64,000 bases of DNA from a bacterium. GTDB lineage: Bacteria > Hinthialibacterota > Hinthialibacteria > Hinthialibacterales > Hinthialibacteraceae. This document shows, one piece after another, positions 30,659 to 40,553 of the stretch (position 1 is its first letter; each line of letters starts with the position of its first letter). A program made the translations under genes and the position numbers. Below the pieces are notes generated by a model. It was not told the DNA's origin. It made no database searches and saw only the letters and a program-made list of their open reading frames with translations. Location: the NCBI GenBank assembly GCA_963662285.2, contig CAXXMV010000002.1, forward strand, positions 160,001 through 224,000, written 5' to 3'.

Positions 30659-31924
30659 TTAGATGATTTTGGCTTGTTCCTGGTTGAAATGAGTGACCTT
30701 TTGTTCCCGGAGGGAAACAATTCCCATTTGTAGGGCGATTTGTACCGGGAAAGCTAGTTCCAGGGGGCTCCAGGGTTCTTTGCGGGTGCGGCAGCAGGAG
30801 AGGAAATTTTTCCAGAATTCCAGCTGGGATTCTTTTTGTTGGATGGGGTCTACCTTTTTGGGGCGATTATTTCCCGGTTGGGGAGTGACCAGGATGTAGT
30901 CTTTTTCGAAGGTTATGGTTCCTTCGGAGCCTCGTACAATGGTGGGGATGCCATAGTCATTGCCCAGGCAGCAGGTTAGAACAACCGAGATTTTCTCGGG
31001 ATAATCAATGGTCATATTAAAAACATCGGGCACTTCGCGTTCATGGTTATAAAGGAATCTGCCGCCGGAAGCGGTTATGGTTTCCGGCATATCTACCCCT
31101 AACATTTTTTGAATAGGGGTCAGGGTATGAGGGAAAAGGTCGGTTGATGGACCTCCGGCGTAGTCCCAATATAATCTCCACTGGAAGAAACGGCTGACCG
31201 AAAAAGGTCTTTGGGGTGCGTCGCCCAGAAAATTCTCCCATGATAGATCATTGCCCGGTTGGGCGTTTTCGTCATCTATGGGCATACGTTCGCCCCATTC
31301 GCCATTACGGAAATAGCCAGCTTGAACGTGTAATGGTTTGCCTATATCGCCCTGTTTAATCATACGGGCGGCTTGCGACCAGGCGCTGGAGCTCATGCAC
31401 TGGGTTCCGACCTGGACGATCTGTTTTAAGTCTTTTTTTGTTTCGAGCAACTGTTTTGCTAGTTTTTCCTGACGCCAATGAATCAGGGGTTTTTCGCAGT
31501 AGACATCTTTGCCTGCTTTGAGGGCGTCTAGCAGCTGGTAGCCGTGCCAATGATCCGGTGACGTTATAAGTACGGCGTTCACCTTTGGATTATTGAGTAG
31601 CTCGTGGTAGTCAGTATAGGCTATGGCGCCGGTATCTTCTTTGGCTTTTTGCAGGCGGGGGCCGTAGATATCGCAAACCGCTGTGATTTCGATAAGCTCG
31701 CCATCTTCTATCAATTGCTGTAAGAAGCGGATATGAGAGTTACCTCGTCCACCGCAGCCGATAACGCCGATGCCGATTTTTTTATTCGCCGCGTCATCGG
31801 CTGTGTTTTCAGCTGTGACTTCAGCTACTTCTTCAGCCCGGGCGGTGATTCCGTAGGCGGTGGTTGCTCCGATGCTTTTGATGAAACTGCGGCGGGATAC
31901 AGCAGGAATGATCAGCTTTGACAT
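30659..31924 (-). CDS. Gfo/Idh/MocA oxidoreductase with a Tat signal
   Basis: SRRSFIK; IGCGGRG, SPDHWH, YCEKPL, DLFPH. Confidence 0.88.
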   Translation of the reverse strand: MSKLIIPAVSRRSFIKSIGATTAYGITARAEEVAEVTAENTADDAANKKIGIGVIGCGGRGNSHIRFLQQLIEDGELIEITAVCDIYGPRLQKAKEDTGAIAYTDYHELLNNPKVNAVLITSPDHWHGYQLLDALKAGKDVYCEKPLIHWRQEKLAKQLLETKKDLKQIVQVGTQCMSSSAWSQAARMIKQGDIGKPLHVQAGYFRNGEWGERMPIDDENAQPGNDLSWENFLGDAPQRPFSVSRFFQWRLYWDYAGGPSTDLFPHTLTPIQKMLGVDMPETITASGGRFLYNHEREVPDVFNMTIDYPEKISVVLTCCLGNDYGIPTIVRGSEGTITFEKDYILVTPQPGNNRPKKVDPIQQKESQLEFWKNFLSCCRTRKEPWSPLELAFPVQIALQMGIVSLREQKVTHFNQEQAKII

Positions 31925-32042
31925 TTTTGTTACCTCTAAATGGGGAAAAGATTTTACTCACTAAAAATTACGTTAAATACCCGTCAATGAATATAAGAAA
32001 CAGGTCAGCCAATTGTTTCAGAATCGCCCTCATCTTATATTA

Positions 32043-32091
32043 GGTGGCTTAATCAAGGGCTGACCGCTATGCGGTCTTGCCCTTGCCACCC
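32043..32091. repeat. REP-like family B'
   Basis: GGTGGCTTAATCAAGGGCTGACCGCTATGCGGTCTTGCCCTTGCCACCC. Confidence 0.88.
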
Positions 32092-32178
32092 ATCAGCAGG
32101 AATGATCGGCGTTGATATTTTTGCAACCTCTATATTGGAAAAGAATATTCAAATTAAACAGTATCTTAACTACCCGCT

Positions 32179-33705
32179 TCAGTCTGGCATACGGTGGAAT
32201 AAATCCTTCAAACGAGGATATATCTCTTTGTAGCATTCGAAACGTTCATTGTACTGGCGGTTGAACTCGCTGTTTGGTTCATAGGTGCGTTCAATCTTTA
32301 CCAGGTTCTGCGCTGCCTGCTGGATTGATGGATAAACGCCAACGGCTGAACCCGCTAAGATGGCGCATCCCAGGCAGCCAGCTTCGGAAACCTTGGGTAC
32401 GGCGATGGGGATGCCCATGATATCGGTCTTGATTTGCATCCAATAGGGGGATTTGGCGCCGCCCCCGGTAGCGCGAAGCCGTTTGATTTCGCCGCCAGCG
32501 TCCTTGAGTAGGTCGATGCACATTTTCATTTCGTAGGTGATGCCTTCTAAAATTGAGCGGGTGATTTCGCCCTTGGTGGTGTTGAGACGCATTCCCAAAA
32601 AGGCTCCCTTGGTTTGGGTGTCGAAATGGGGAACACCGGAAGTGGTGAAATGTGGCAGCACCAGGAGATCGGTTGGTTTATCGAAAGCTTCGGAAGTCAA
32701 TAGGTCGTAGACATCCCGGCCAGCTTCATCGGCGCGGCGTTTTTCGTCGGCCCCGAATGTATCGCGGTACCATTTGAAAAGGCTGCCTCCGGTGAAGTTA
32801 TAAACTAATGCGATAAATAAGTCCGGGCAGGTGTGGTGGTAGCAGCAGATATTATTGGATAGCATTACATCGTTGATGATTAGTTCCGGTAAAGAGGGGC
32901 AGATGCATTCTACGGTTCCAATGCCATAAGAGGCTTCATTGGAAGCGGTGGCGCCTGCGCCGATGCTTTGGCATGGTTGATCGTGCCCGCCAGTTACTAC
33001 CTTGACTCCCTTGGGAAGTCCTAAGTCTTGCGCGATGGCGTCGGGGATTTCGCCAACCAGGGTTCCGGATGGTTTCGGCGTGGGCATTATGGAGCGGTCA
33101 ATGCCGCAAAATTCCAGGAACTCATCGCACCAGTCTTCTTTACGGACGTCGAACAGCAGGGTGCGTCCGGCGAGGGTATAATCGGTGGTCGGCGCCTGAC
33201 CCAATTTATACATTACCAAATCTTCAAAACCTAGAAGAGTCTTGGTTTGTTTAAGGATTTCCGGTTTATTATCTTTCATCCACTGCAATTTCAGAGCGGT
33301 GAAGAGCGCTGCCAGAGGTTGGCCGGTCGTTTCAAAGATTTTTTTGGCGCCGAATTTATCCAACCATTGGGGGACGTATTGTTCGGTGCGGTTATCGAAA
33401 CTGACCAGGGCGTTGTGGATGATTTCGCCTTTATCATTTAGATAAGACATTGCTTCGCCCTGGGAGGAAACTGCTATAGCTTTGATGGGGTCGCTTTGAG
33501 TTTTTGATGCGACCTCGCCGATGCATGTCTTAATATCATCCCACACGCGGTTTCCATCCAGTTCCGCCCAACCGGGTTGTGGGGAATGCAGGGGGTATTC
33601 CCGGTAGGCCGAAGCCAGTATGGCGCCTTCTTCGTTAAATGCGACTGCTTTACATCCGGTTGTTCCAACGTCGATCCCAAGTAAACTCACGATGTGTTCT
33701 CCCAA
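32179..33705 (-). CDS. FGGY-family carbohydrate kinase (xylulokinase-like)
   Basis: GIDVGTTGCK, GGHDQ, TGGGAKS, EAGCLGCA. Confidence 0.9.
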   Translation of the reverse strand: MGEHIVSLLGIDVGTTGCKAVAFNEEGAILASAYREYPLHSPQPGWAELDGNRVWDDIKTCIGEVASKTQSDPIKAIAVSSQGEAMSYLNDKGEIIHNALVSFDNRTEQYVPQWLDKFGAKKIFETTGQPLAALFTALKLQWMKDNKPEILKQTKTLLGFEDLVMYKLGQAPTTDYTLAGRTLLFDVRKEDWCDEFLEFCGIDRSIMPTPKPSGTLVGEIPDAIAQDLGLPKGVKVVTGGHDQPCQSIGAGATASNEASYGIGTVECICPSLPELIINDVMLSNNICCYHHTCPDLFIALVYNFTGGSLFKWYRDTFGADEKRRADEAGRDVYDLLTSEAFDKPTDLLVLPHFTTSGVPHFDTQTKGAFLGMRLNTTKGEITRSILEGITYEMKMCIDLLKDAGGEIKRLRATGGGAKSPYWMQIKTDIMGIPIAVPKVSEAGCLGCAILAGSAVGVYPSIQQAAQNLVKIERTYEPNSEFNRQYNERFECYKEIYPRLKDLFHRMPD

Positions 33706-33721
33706 AATTTCTTATTAATTC

Positions 33722-33868
33722 GGTGGGTCTTAAAACGCGATCCCACCCTATGGGGATGATGGGGTGGTTTTCAAGGGCAGAAAAGACACTGCCCTTGGCA
33801 CCCGGTTTAATAGATCAAGCGCCCGTAGGTTATTGATTCGGTGGGTCATAAAGCGCGACCCACCCTAC
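33722..33868. repeat. REP-like mosaic: C (33722-33751), B (33763-33804), C (33840-33868)
   Basis: Three co-oriented hairpins fill the intergenic space. Confidence 0.88.
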
Positions 33869-33875
33869 GGGGTTA

Positions 33876-35657
33876 TTAATCACGCCAATTCATTCTTGGC
33901 AGTATTTTTAAGATGCATACCGAAGAAATCACGCAAGTTCCCGCCAAGAAGGTTCCCAGAACTATATTTCCATATAGGAAAAAACCCAGTGAGAATAAGG
34001 CTGAGTAGACCGCCGTCATGCCAAGAAATACTGCCAGTATCGGGGCGGTGAAATTATCTTTTTGCGTGACGTCGCTGGTTTGCACGGCTTTGCTCCAACC
34101 TGGTCCCATCGGTTGAATCTTGTCGTAGAAAGATTGTAGAACCGATTTCTCTGTTGGTGGAGTGAGGAATGTTACTATTACCCATGTAACCGTCGTGACC
34201 GCTACGCCAATGATGAGCTCAAGCCATACTTCTAAATCGGCGAAATGAAAAACTCCTTCATGGAAAAACCTGAAATATAAGGCCACCATGAATGAAACCG
34301 TCATGGCGGATATTTCGCTCCAGGCGTTGATGCGCCACCAGAACCAGCGCAGCATGAAAATCAAACCGGTTCCAGCGCCGATTTGCAAGAGAATCTGGAA
34401 TGAATCCAGCGCCGTCTCCAGGAAGAAAGTAAATACACAGGCCAAAACCATTAGAGCGACGGTGACTATTCGAGCCACGGTTACATAATGTTGCGGCGCG
34501 GCGTCGGGGCAGATAAAACGTTTATAAAAATCATCTATTACATACGAGGCGCCCCAGTTTAAGTGGGTGCTTATAGTGGACATATATGCGGCGGCAAGTG
34601 ACGCCATGACCAGGCCCAGAAGCCCTGCGGGAAGTAAGGTCATCATGGCCGGATAACTGATATCATGTCCGATTAATGCAGCTGGAACATTCGGAAAGCG
34701 GGCCTGGATGGAGGCTAAATCCGGGAAGACGATCATGGAGCACAGGGCGACTAAAATCCAGGGCCAGGGTCTGATGGCGTAGTGGGCTACATTAAACCAT
34801 AGAGTCGCTAAAATAGAGTTCTTTTCATCTTTGGCGGCGAGCATTCTTTGCGCTACATAACCACCGCCGCCCGGCTCGGCGCCGGGATACCATACGCTCC
34901 ACCATTGAACCGCGAAAGGAATGATGAAAATTGGAACGGCTTCTTTCCATCCTTCAGAGCTGCTGAAGTCAGGTAGGATGCTTAGGTTGCCTGATACATT
35001 GGGATGTTGTAATAATCCTGATAATCCACCGACTTCCGGTAGTCCAAGGCAATAATAAGCGGCGCCGATTGATCCAGCCATGGCCATAATAAATAGAAAA
35101 ACATCAGTGATTACCACGCCCCAGAGACCAGCGGTGCAGGAATAGATGGCGGTTACGATTCCACAGGTCAGGATAGTGACGTATTTATCGAAGCCTAGAA
35201 CAATGCTGCTGATTTTTATGGCCGCCAAAGTAACGGTCGCCATGATAATGATATTGAAGAAAACGCCTAAATATATTGCCCGGAAACCCCGCAGAAATGC
35301 GGCAGGCTTGCCGGAATAACGCATTTCGTAAAAACCGATGTCGGTTAATGCCCCAGACCTACGCCATAATTTGGCGTAGAAAAAGACAGTTACCATACCG
35401 GTTAGCAGGAAAGCCCACCATACCCAGTTGCCGCTGACGCCATGTTCCCTGACGATGTTGGCGACCAGGTTGGGCGTGTCGGTGGCGAAAGTGGTGGCCA
35501 CCATAGAGGTTCCGATGAGCCACCAGGGTAGATTGCGGCCGGAAACGAAATACTCGTCAATTCCCTTTCCTGCTCTGCGGGCGTATAACACGCCAATCAG
35601 CAATACAAAAAGGAAATAAAATCCGATGATAAGAAAGTCGATAAAGTTCAGCTGCAT
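33876..35657 (-). CDS. sodium:solute symporter (SSF)
   Basis: EYFVSGRNLPWW..GTSMVATTF, QRMLAAK, AAYMST; multiple TM segments. Confidence 0.92.
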   Translation of the reverse strand: MQLNFIDFLIIGFYFLFVLLIGVLYARRAGKGIDEYFVSGRNLPWWLIGTSMVATTFATDTPNLVANIVREHGVSGNWVWWAFLLTGMVTVFFYAKLWRRSGALTDIGFYEMRYSGKPAAFLRGFRAIYLGVFFNIIIMATVTLAAIKISSIVLGFDKYVTILTCGIVTAIYSCTAGLWGVVITDVFLFIMAMAGSIGAAYYCLGLPEVGGLSGLLQHPNVSGNLSILPDFSSSEGWKEAVPIFIIPFAVQWWSVWYPGAEPGGGGYVAQRMLAAKDEKNSILATLWFNVAHYAIRPWPWILVALCSMIVFPDLASIQARFPNVPAALIGHDISYPAMMTLLPAGLLGLVMASLAAAYMSTISTHLNWGASYVIDDFYKRFICPDAAPQHYVTVARIVTVALMVLACVFTFFLETALDSFQILLQIGAGTGLIFMLRWFWWRINAWSEISAMTVSFMVALYFRFFHEGVFHFADLEVWLELIIGVAVTTVTWVIVTFLTPPTEKSVLQSFYDKIQPMGPGWSKAVQTSDVTQKDNFTAPILAVFLGMTAVYSALFSLGFFLYGNIVLGTFLAGTCVISSVCILKILPRMNWRD

Positions 35658-35739
35658 ATTAGGTTCCTTAAATACTATATAAATTGGTCAACAACATTAT
35701 TCGGAATCTGTTAAGAAAAGTCAACGAGACAAAGAGATA

Positions 35740-35770
35740 AAAAAAAGAGCGGTTGAAATAACCGCTCTTT
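35740..35770 (-). terminator. intrinsic terminator after the pilin-like gene
   Basis: AAAAAAAGAGCGGTT...AACCGCTCTTT. Confidence 0.75.
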
Positions 35771-35794
35771 GGAAAGTGTTCTATGTAGGAGAAC

Positions 35795-36361
35795 TTAGTT
35801 TGTTAGAACAATATCTCCAAAACTGTTAAGGCCATTGGATGTTTGATAGATATCAAACAGGTCTTTAGGAGCGTGTACTAAATCCGGTCCCATGCTCCAG
35901 ATATAGTAAATATTGCCTACATGGTGACCACTGGGTACTCCACCGACTAAACGCCCTTGCATGGCCCGGCTGTAGAGATTGGGGTCCTGGATTAACCGAA
36001 CCGGCGACACGGCGGGAAACCAATCTGCGTGATATGAGCCATGGCTCCATTCCAAGCTTCCTTGGACTCCGCCTTTGGCTTGCTGGAATGGATCCATAGG
36101 CGGCGCTGAACAATATGAAACCGGAGTAGTTATATATTTGTTCTGCCAGACAGGATGGCTGTTAACGTGCATGGGAAAATTTCCATTATCCATCTTGTAC
36201 ATCTCGTAAACATTCACCCACATCCTCATCTCGGCATTGCACTTAGCCATCTTGGCGCGCACTTGCGCGTTCAAAAAGTTAGGAACAGCGATTGCGGCAA
36301 GGATACCAATAATTGCTACAACGATGAGCAACTCAATTAAAGTAAATCCCCGTTTTTTCAT
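35795..36361 (-). CDS. type IV pilin-like protein (N-methylation motif)
   Basis: RG|FTLIELLIVVAIIGILAAIAVPNF; SMGPD...SNGLNSFGDI; GGAGG RBS. Confidence 0.85.
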   Translation of the reverse strand: MKKRGFTLIELLIVVAIIGILAAIAVPNFLNAQVRAKMAKCNAEMRMWVNVYEMYKMDNGNFPMHVNSHPVWQNKYITTPVSYCSAPPMDPFQQAKGGVQGSLEWSHGSYHADWFPAVSPVRLIQDPNLYSRAMQGRLVGGVPSGHHVGNIYYIWSMGPDLVHAPKDLFDIYQTSNGLNSFGDIVLTN

Positions 36362-36522
36362 GCTTATACCTCCCAGTATAATACGGCTTTTGAAAACACA
36401 TTAGTATATAAAAGTTCATGTTTCAATTGTACGATCTAATCATAGTTATAAGTATTTATCAAGAGAACCATATTCAAAATTAAAAGTGAATAATTTTTAA
36501 CTTGGAAAGGATATTAAAATAA

Positions 36523-37026
36523 TTATGTTAGTGATTTTCCTGTAAATTCTTTTACGAGAGAAACATAATCACGGGAACGTCTTTCCTGGTTACCGGATAA
36601 ATCAAAGAGACCGTCTCCAGCTAAAACGCCTGTAAATCCTGTCATAACAGTTCCTTCACCCCAAAAAGTCCATAATTTAACCTTCTTTTCTTCTATAAGA
36701 GAACCAAGCATCAAAGATACTGTAAAAAATTCTAGTTGATCAGTAGGTCCAAGAAAAAAACTCCAGTTAGTTATCGTTTCAGAGTATGAATAATCAATTC
36801 TATTTATTTCGTTAAAGCTAATAATTCTCTCTGTGTTAAAAATCCAGAAGAACCGTTTCTGGAGGGATACGATTTTTTGCCGTTTGTCTATAACAATACG
36901 TTTTGAATAGGAAAACAAGCGAAATAATTGACCGAGAAAAGAAGTGCGTGAAATCAGTTGATTTCCTTCAATCCAGGTTTTAGGTTTAAAACTAAAAAAA
37001 TCAAAAGTTAAAGCGTAAAAACTCAT
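36523..37026 (-). CDS. hypothetical protein
   Basis: 167-aa AT-rich ORF with no recognised motif. Confidence 0.55.
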   Translation of the reverse strand: MSFYALTFDFFSFKPKTWIEGNQLISRTSFLGQLFRLFSYSKRIVIDKRQKIVSLQKRFFWIFNTERIISFNEINRIDYSYSETITNWSFFLGPTDQLEFFTVSLMLGSLIEEKKVKLWTFWGEGTVMTGFTGVLAGDGLFDLSGNQERRSRDYVSLVKEFTGKSLT

Positions 37027-37172
37027 GATTAATTACTTTTTGTAACTTATATGGAAAGTGTTTATGCAAATCACTCTAATTAAGAGTATGATTTGCATAA
37101 GGATATATTATATAATAGTATTATGTCGATGGGAAAAAGATTGTATCGAATTTTGCAGGATAAATCGGGTTG

Positions 37173-37529
37173 TTACCTTTTTCTTGAATTACTCTTCTTG
37201 GCAGTGCTTTTTTTTGGGGTAGCTTTACCAGGCGCTTTTGGCGCGAATAAGGTTTCTTCGGGTGGGCTAAGGAGAATTTTTTCTACATCTTCATGAAGAT
37301 TTGGGATGACATGGGCGGAAACCACTTCGCCAACCCTGCGGGCTGCGGCAGAGCCAGCTTCAACAGCTGCTTGGATATCAGCGACATCTCCGCGTAATTT
37401 TACTGTTACAAGACCCGGTTCAGTCAACTCTATCTGAGTAAGCACGGCGTAAGCAGACTTAACAGCTGCGTCAGCAGCTTCTATTGCGGCGACGAGACCT
37501 TGTGTTTCTATGAGACCAAGTGCTTTCAT
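37173..37529 (-). CDS. bacterial microcompartment shell protein (BMC-H) with a basic C-terminal tail
   Basis: [24 protein letters not shown]...[14 protein letters not shown]...HVIPNLH. Confidence 0.92.
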   Translation of the reverse strand: MKALGLIETQGLVAAIEAADAAVKSAYAVLTQIELTEPGLVTVKLRGDVADIQAAVEAGSAAARRVGEVVSAHVIPNLHEDVEKILLSPPEETLFAPKAPGKATPKKSTAKKSNSRKR

Positions 37530-37692
37530 TTGTCATTCATCTCCAAAGATTAGAAAATACATCATAGGTCAAAAATCACCAGAACAAAAGTCAATGAGTT
37601 ATTACTTTCTTATTTCTTTTTTAATCGTATTGTGATAATCTAATTCTTGTATATACAATAATTAAAATATAAAACATGAGGGATGTCTTCTT

Positions 37693-38997
37693 ATGAACTC
37701 TGAACCAACAAAAAACAATCGTAGAACGTTTCTACAATCCATGGGCGCCGGATTTGGTGGATTATTAGCGCAAAATTATAGTTCTTATGCCGGAGTCGGG
37801 CCGAATGATAAAATAAACGTTGGCTTTATCGGCGTAGGCGGAATGGGCTCAGGCAGATTAAATGGCTTCATGAAACATGATGATGTCAATGTCGCCGGGA
37901 TTTGCGACGTTGATTCTGATCATGTAGATCGCGCCATAGGCGAAGTTGAAAAGAGGCGCGGTAAACGTCCCCAGGGTTACAAGGATTTTCGTAAGCTATT
38001 GGAACGCGATGACATAGACGCTGTTATGATAGCAACGCCGGATCATTGGCATGCTTTGACAACAATAAACGCCTGCCAGGCCGGTAAGGACGTCTTTGTA
38101 GAAAAGCCGCTCTGTCATTCCATTGCGGAAGGACGAGCGATGTTGGACGCGGCAACGGAAAACCGCAGAGTTACTCAATTAGGCACCCATATCCATAACG
38201 AGTACGATAACTACCGCCGGGTTGTCGAGATGGTGCAGTCGGGTAATTTGGGCAAGATTACCCGCGTCCATTGCTGGAAGACGTCAGATACTGGCGAAGG
38301 CATCGGCTACCCTCCCAATTCAACCGCCCCGAATAACCTGGATTATAATTTCTGGCAGGGACCAGCGCCCAAGAGACCGTATAATAAGAATCGTTCTCAT
38401 TTTACTTTCCGGTATTTTTGGGATTATTCAGGCGGAATTTTCATCGATTTCTGGTGCCATATCACAGATGTGGCATATTGGGCGCTTGATCTCCAGGCGC
38501 CGATCAGCGTATCCGCCGTCGGCGGCAGGCGCTTTCGCAAGGATAATACGGAAACGCCTGATTGTCTTGAAGTTCTGTATGAGTATCCCGGTTTGACCAT
38601 GAATTGGACTTTGAATCCAGTTGTTCCGGCATTTCAGCACATGGGCGGAATCGGCTGTATTTTCTACGGTACTGAAGCAACGCTGGTTACCAATTATTCA
38701 CAACGCGAAGTTTGGGTGAAAGGCAAAAAGGTCGATGATTTCCCCACCCCTGATCCTTGGATTCCAAACTCACCGGGTCATATCCGTGAATTTTTAGATT
38801 CTGTTCGTACCAGGGCAGTAACAACCTGTAATGTCGAGTACGCTTACCGCTTAACCAAAGCCGGATTGTTGGGCAATATCGCTTACCGTACTGGTGATAA
38901 ACTGGAATGGGATGATGAGCGGGAGAGAATATCCCGTAATGCTAAGGCCAATGAATTGATTAGCCGCAGATACAGATCGCCCTGGAAACTGGGATAA
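37693..38997 (+). CDS. Gfo/Idh/MocA oxidoreductase with a Tat signal
   Basis: NRRTFLQ; IGVGGMG, ATPDHWH, VEKPL, DFWCH. Confidence 0.9.
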   Translation: MNSEPTKNNRRTFLQSMGAGFGGLLAQNYSSYAGVGPNDKINVGFIGVGGMGSGRLNGFMKHDDVNVAGICDVDSDHVDRAIGEVEKRRGKRPQGYKDFRKLLERDDIDAVMIATPDHWHALTTINACQAGKDVFVEKPLCHSIAEGRAMLDAATENRRVTQLGTHIHNEYDNYRRVVEMVQSGNLGKITRVHCWKTSDTGEGIGYPPNSTAPNNLDYNFWQGPAPKRPYNKNRSHFTFRYFWDYSGGIFIDFWCHITDVAYWALDLQAPISVSAVGGRRFRKDNTETPDCLEVLYEYPGLTMNWTLNPVVPAFQHMGGIGCIFYGTEATLVTNYSQREVWVKGKKVDDFPTPDPWIPNSPGHIREFLDSVRTRAVTTCNVEYAYRLTKAGLLGNIAYRTGDKLEWDDERERISRNAKANELISRRYRSPWKLG

Positions 38998-39060
38998 GGC
39001 GGATGCTGTTTCCGAAGAATATGTAGAATGAATTGATATGCATCGAATTAGTTAATTCTG

Positions 39061-39090
39061 AAAAAGCCCGTTCTTACGGGCTTTTTTTTT
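39061..39090 (+). terminator. bidirectional intrinsic terminator
   Basis: AAAAAGCCCGT-TCTT-ACGGGCTTTTTTTTT. Confidence 0.8.
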
Positions 39091-39167
39091 CGGATTAAAA
39101 TAAAAGAAATTGTACGATTAACTTAAAAACGGCAGTTAATACTGGTAATTTCTTTGCGAAGGTGGTC

Positions 39168-39284
39168 GCTATCAACCCTCTCCCAATCTTGGGAGAGGAA
39201 TGTATATCTATAGTGTTTCTTCATAACTAAGTCTAAACAATATAACTGGTTATATCTACAAAATCCCTCTCCCCCATGCTTGGG
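39168..39284. mobile_element. MITE-like element with D-type hairpin ends, copy 2 (inverted relative to copy 1)
   Basis: Aligns to the reverse complement of 28548-28675. Confidence 0.75.
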
Positions 39285-39301
39285 ATTAAACAGAAAGATT
39301 T

Positions 39302-40126
39302 TTATTTTTCTTCTTCCTCAGGTGAAGGCATATATTTATTTATGAATTCAGCCAGTTCCTTCAGGTATTCCGTTTCGGATAGCATATATCCATCATTATG
39401 TCCGCCGGAGATTTGTAGGAACTGTTTTGGCGCTAAGGCTGCGTCAAATGTCTTTTGACCATGATGGAAAGGCGCTATCTCGTCATCCGGGCTATGGATC
39501 ACCAGCAAGGGCATGTTAATATGCTTGATTTTATCTAAAGCATTGTATTTATATTTGGTAATTAACCTTACCGGCAAAAAGGGGAATATTTCTTCGCCTA
39601 AATCCTGCACTGAATTAAAACCGCTTTCATAGATCAAGCCGGCTGCATTTACCTTCGTGGCCAGATCAGCCGCTATATTCGCTCCTAATGATCGACCAAA
39701 GATAAATAGAGGTAATGATGGTTCCGTATCTTTAAGCCACTGATAGGCGGCTTGGGCATCCTTATAGGTGCCCTGCTCTGTTAGCCAGCCGCTGCTTTTG
39801 CCGTATCCCCGGTAATCGAAGATAAAAACGTTTACGTTCAATGAGTTAAATTGGCGAAGACTTTCTGTTCGGTAGCTAATATTCCCACCGTTGCCATGAC
39901 AAAAGAGCAAACTGGCGATGGGATTTTTGCATGGGATATACCATCCATGCAAGCGTTTACCGTCTTCGGTTTCAAAAAAAACATCCTGGTATTCCAAGCC
40001 AGCCACTTCCGGAGTCGCCAAAAACTTGGCTCTGGGCATCCAGATATTGGATCGTTCAAACCATCTGCTTAAAAGGTATAGAAAAATACAAAACAAAAGT
40101 AGATAAATGGAATAGCGGATAATCAT
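39302..40126 (-). CDS. alpha/beta hydrolase (ABHD/Bem46-like) with an N-terminal membrane anchor
   Basis: HGNGGN, DYRGYG, GRSLG, HS.DDE, GGHND; start 40126 chosen from the AAGGA RBS. Confidence 0.88.
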   Translation of the reverse strand: MIIRYSIYLLLFCIFLYLLSRWFERSNIWMPRAKFLATPEVAGLEYQDVFFETEDGKRLHGWYIPCKNPIASLLFCHGNGGNISYRTESLRQFNSLNVNVFIFDYRGYGKSSGWLTEQGTYKDAQAAYQWLKDTEPSLPLFIFGRSLGANIAADLATKVNAAGLIYESGFNSVQDLGEEIFPFLPVRLITKYKYNALDKIKHINMPLLVIHSPDDEIAPFHHGQKTFDAALAPKQFLQISGGHNDGYMLSETEYLKELAEFINKYMPSPEEEEK

Positions 40127-40261
40127 AGCTAAGTCCTTAAAAACATGGGAAATATTAAACACTAATAGCCGGAGCGGTACTTATAATACCACGAATTGAA
40201 TCTTATTGGAGTTATGGGAGTAGGGTTAGTCAGAAGAAGAGGCGATGGCGTTATGAAGAAT

Positions 40262-40348
40262 CGGAGGAGGAGGGATTCGAACCCTCGATACAGTTTCCCG
40301 TATGCCGGTTTAGCAAACCGGTACCTTCAGCCACTCGGTCACCCCTCC
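40262..40348 (-). tRNA. tRNA-Ser(GCT)
   Basis: Cloverleaf with CCGGT-TT-GCT-AA-ACCGG, long variable arm, GGTTCGAATCC, G discriminator. Confidence 0.95.
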
Positions 40349-40465
40349 AGCAAATATATTTTTAAGCAATTACATAAATTGACGTTTTTCCTTAATTTGA
40401 AACCAGTACCTTTAATCCAGAATCATTGTAACGCATTACTGAATTCTGCAAAGTGGTTCTGTTAA

Positions 40466-40553
40466 CGGTGGAGGTGGGATTCGAACCCACGGTACAGTTT
40501 CCCGCACGCCGGTTTTCAAGACCGGTGCCTTCAACCAACTCGGCCACCCCACC
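40466..40553 (-). tRNA. tRNA-Ser(TGA)
   Basis: Cloverleaf with CCGGT-CT-TGA-AA-ACCGG, long variable arm, GGTTCGAATCC. Confidence 0.95.
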
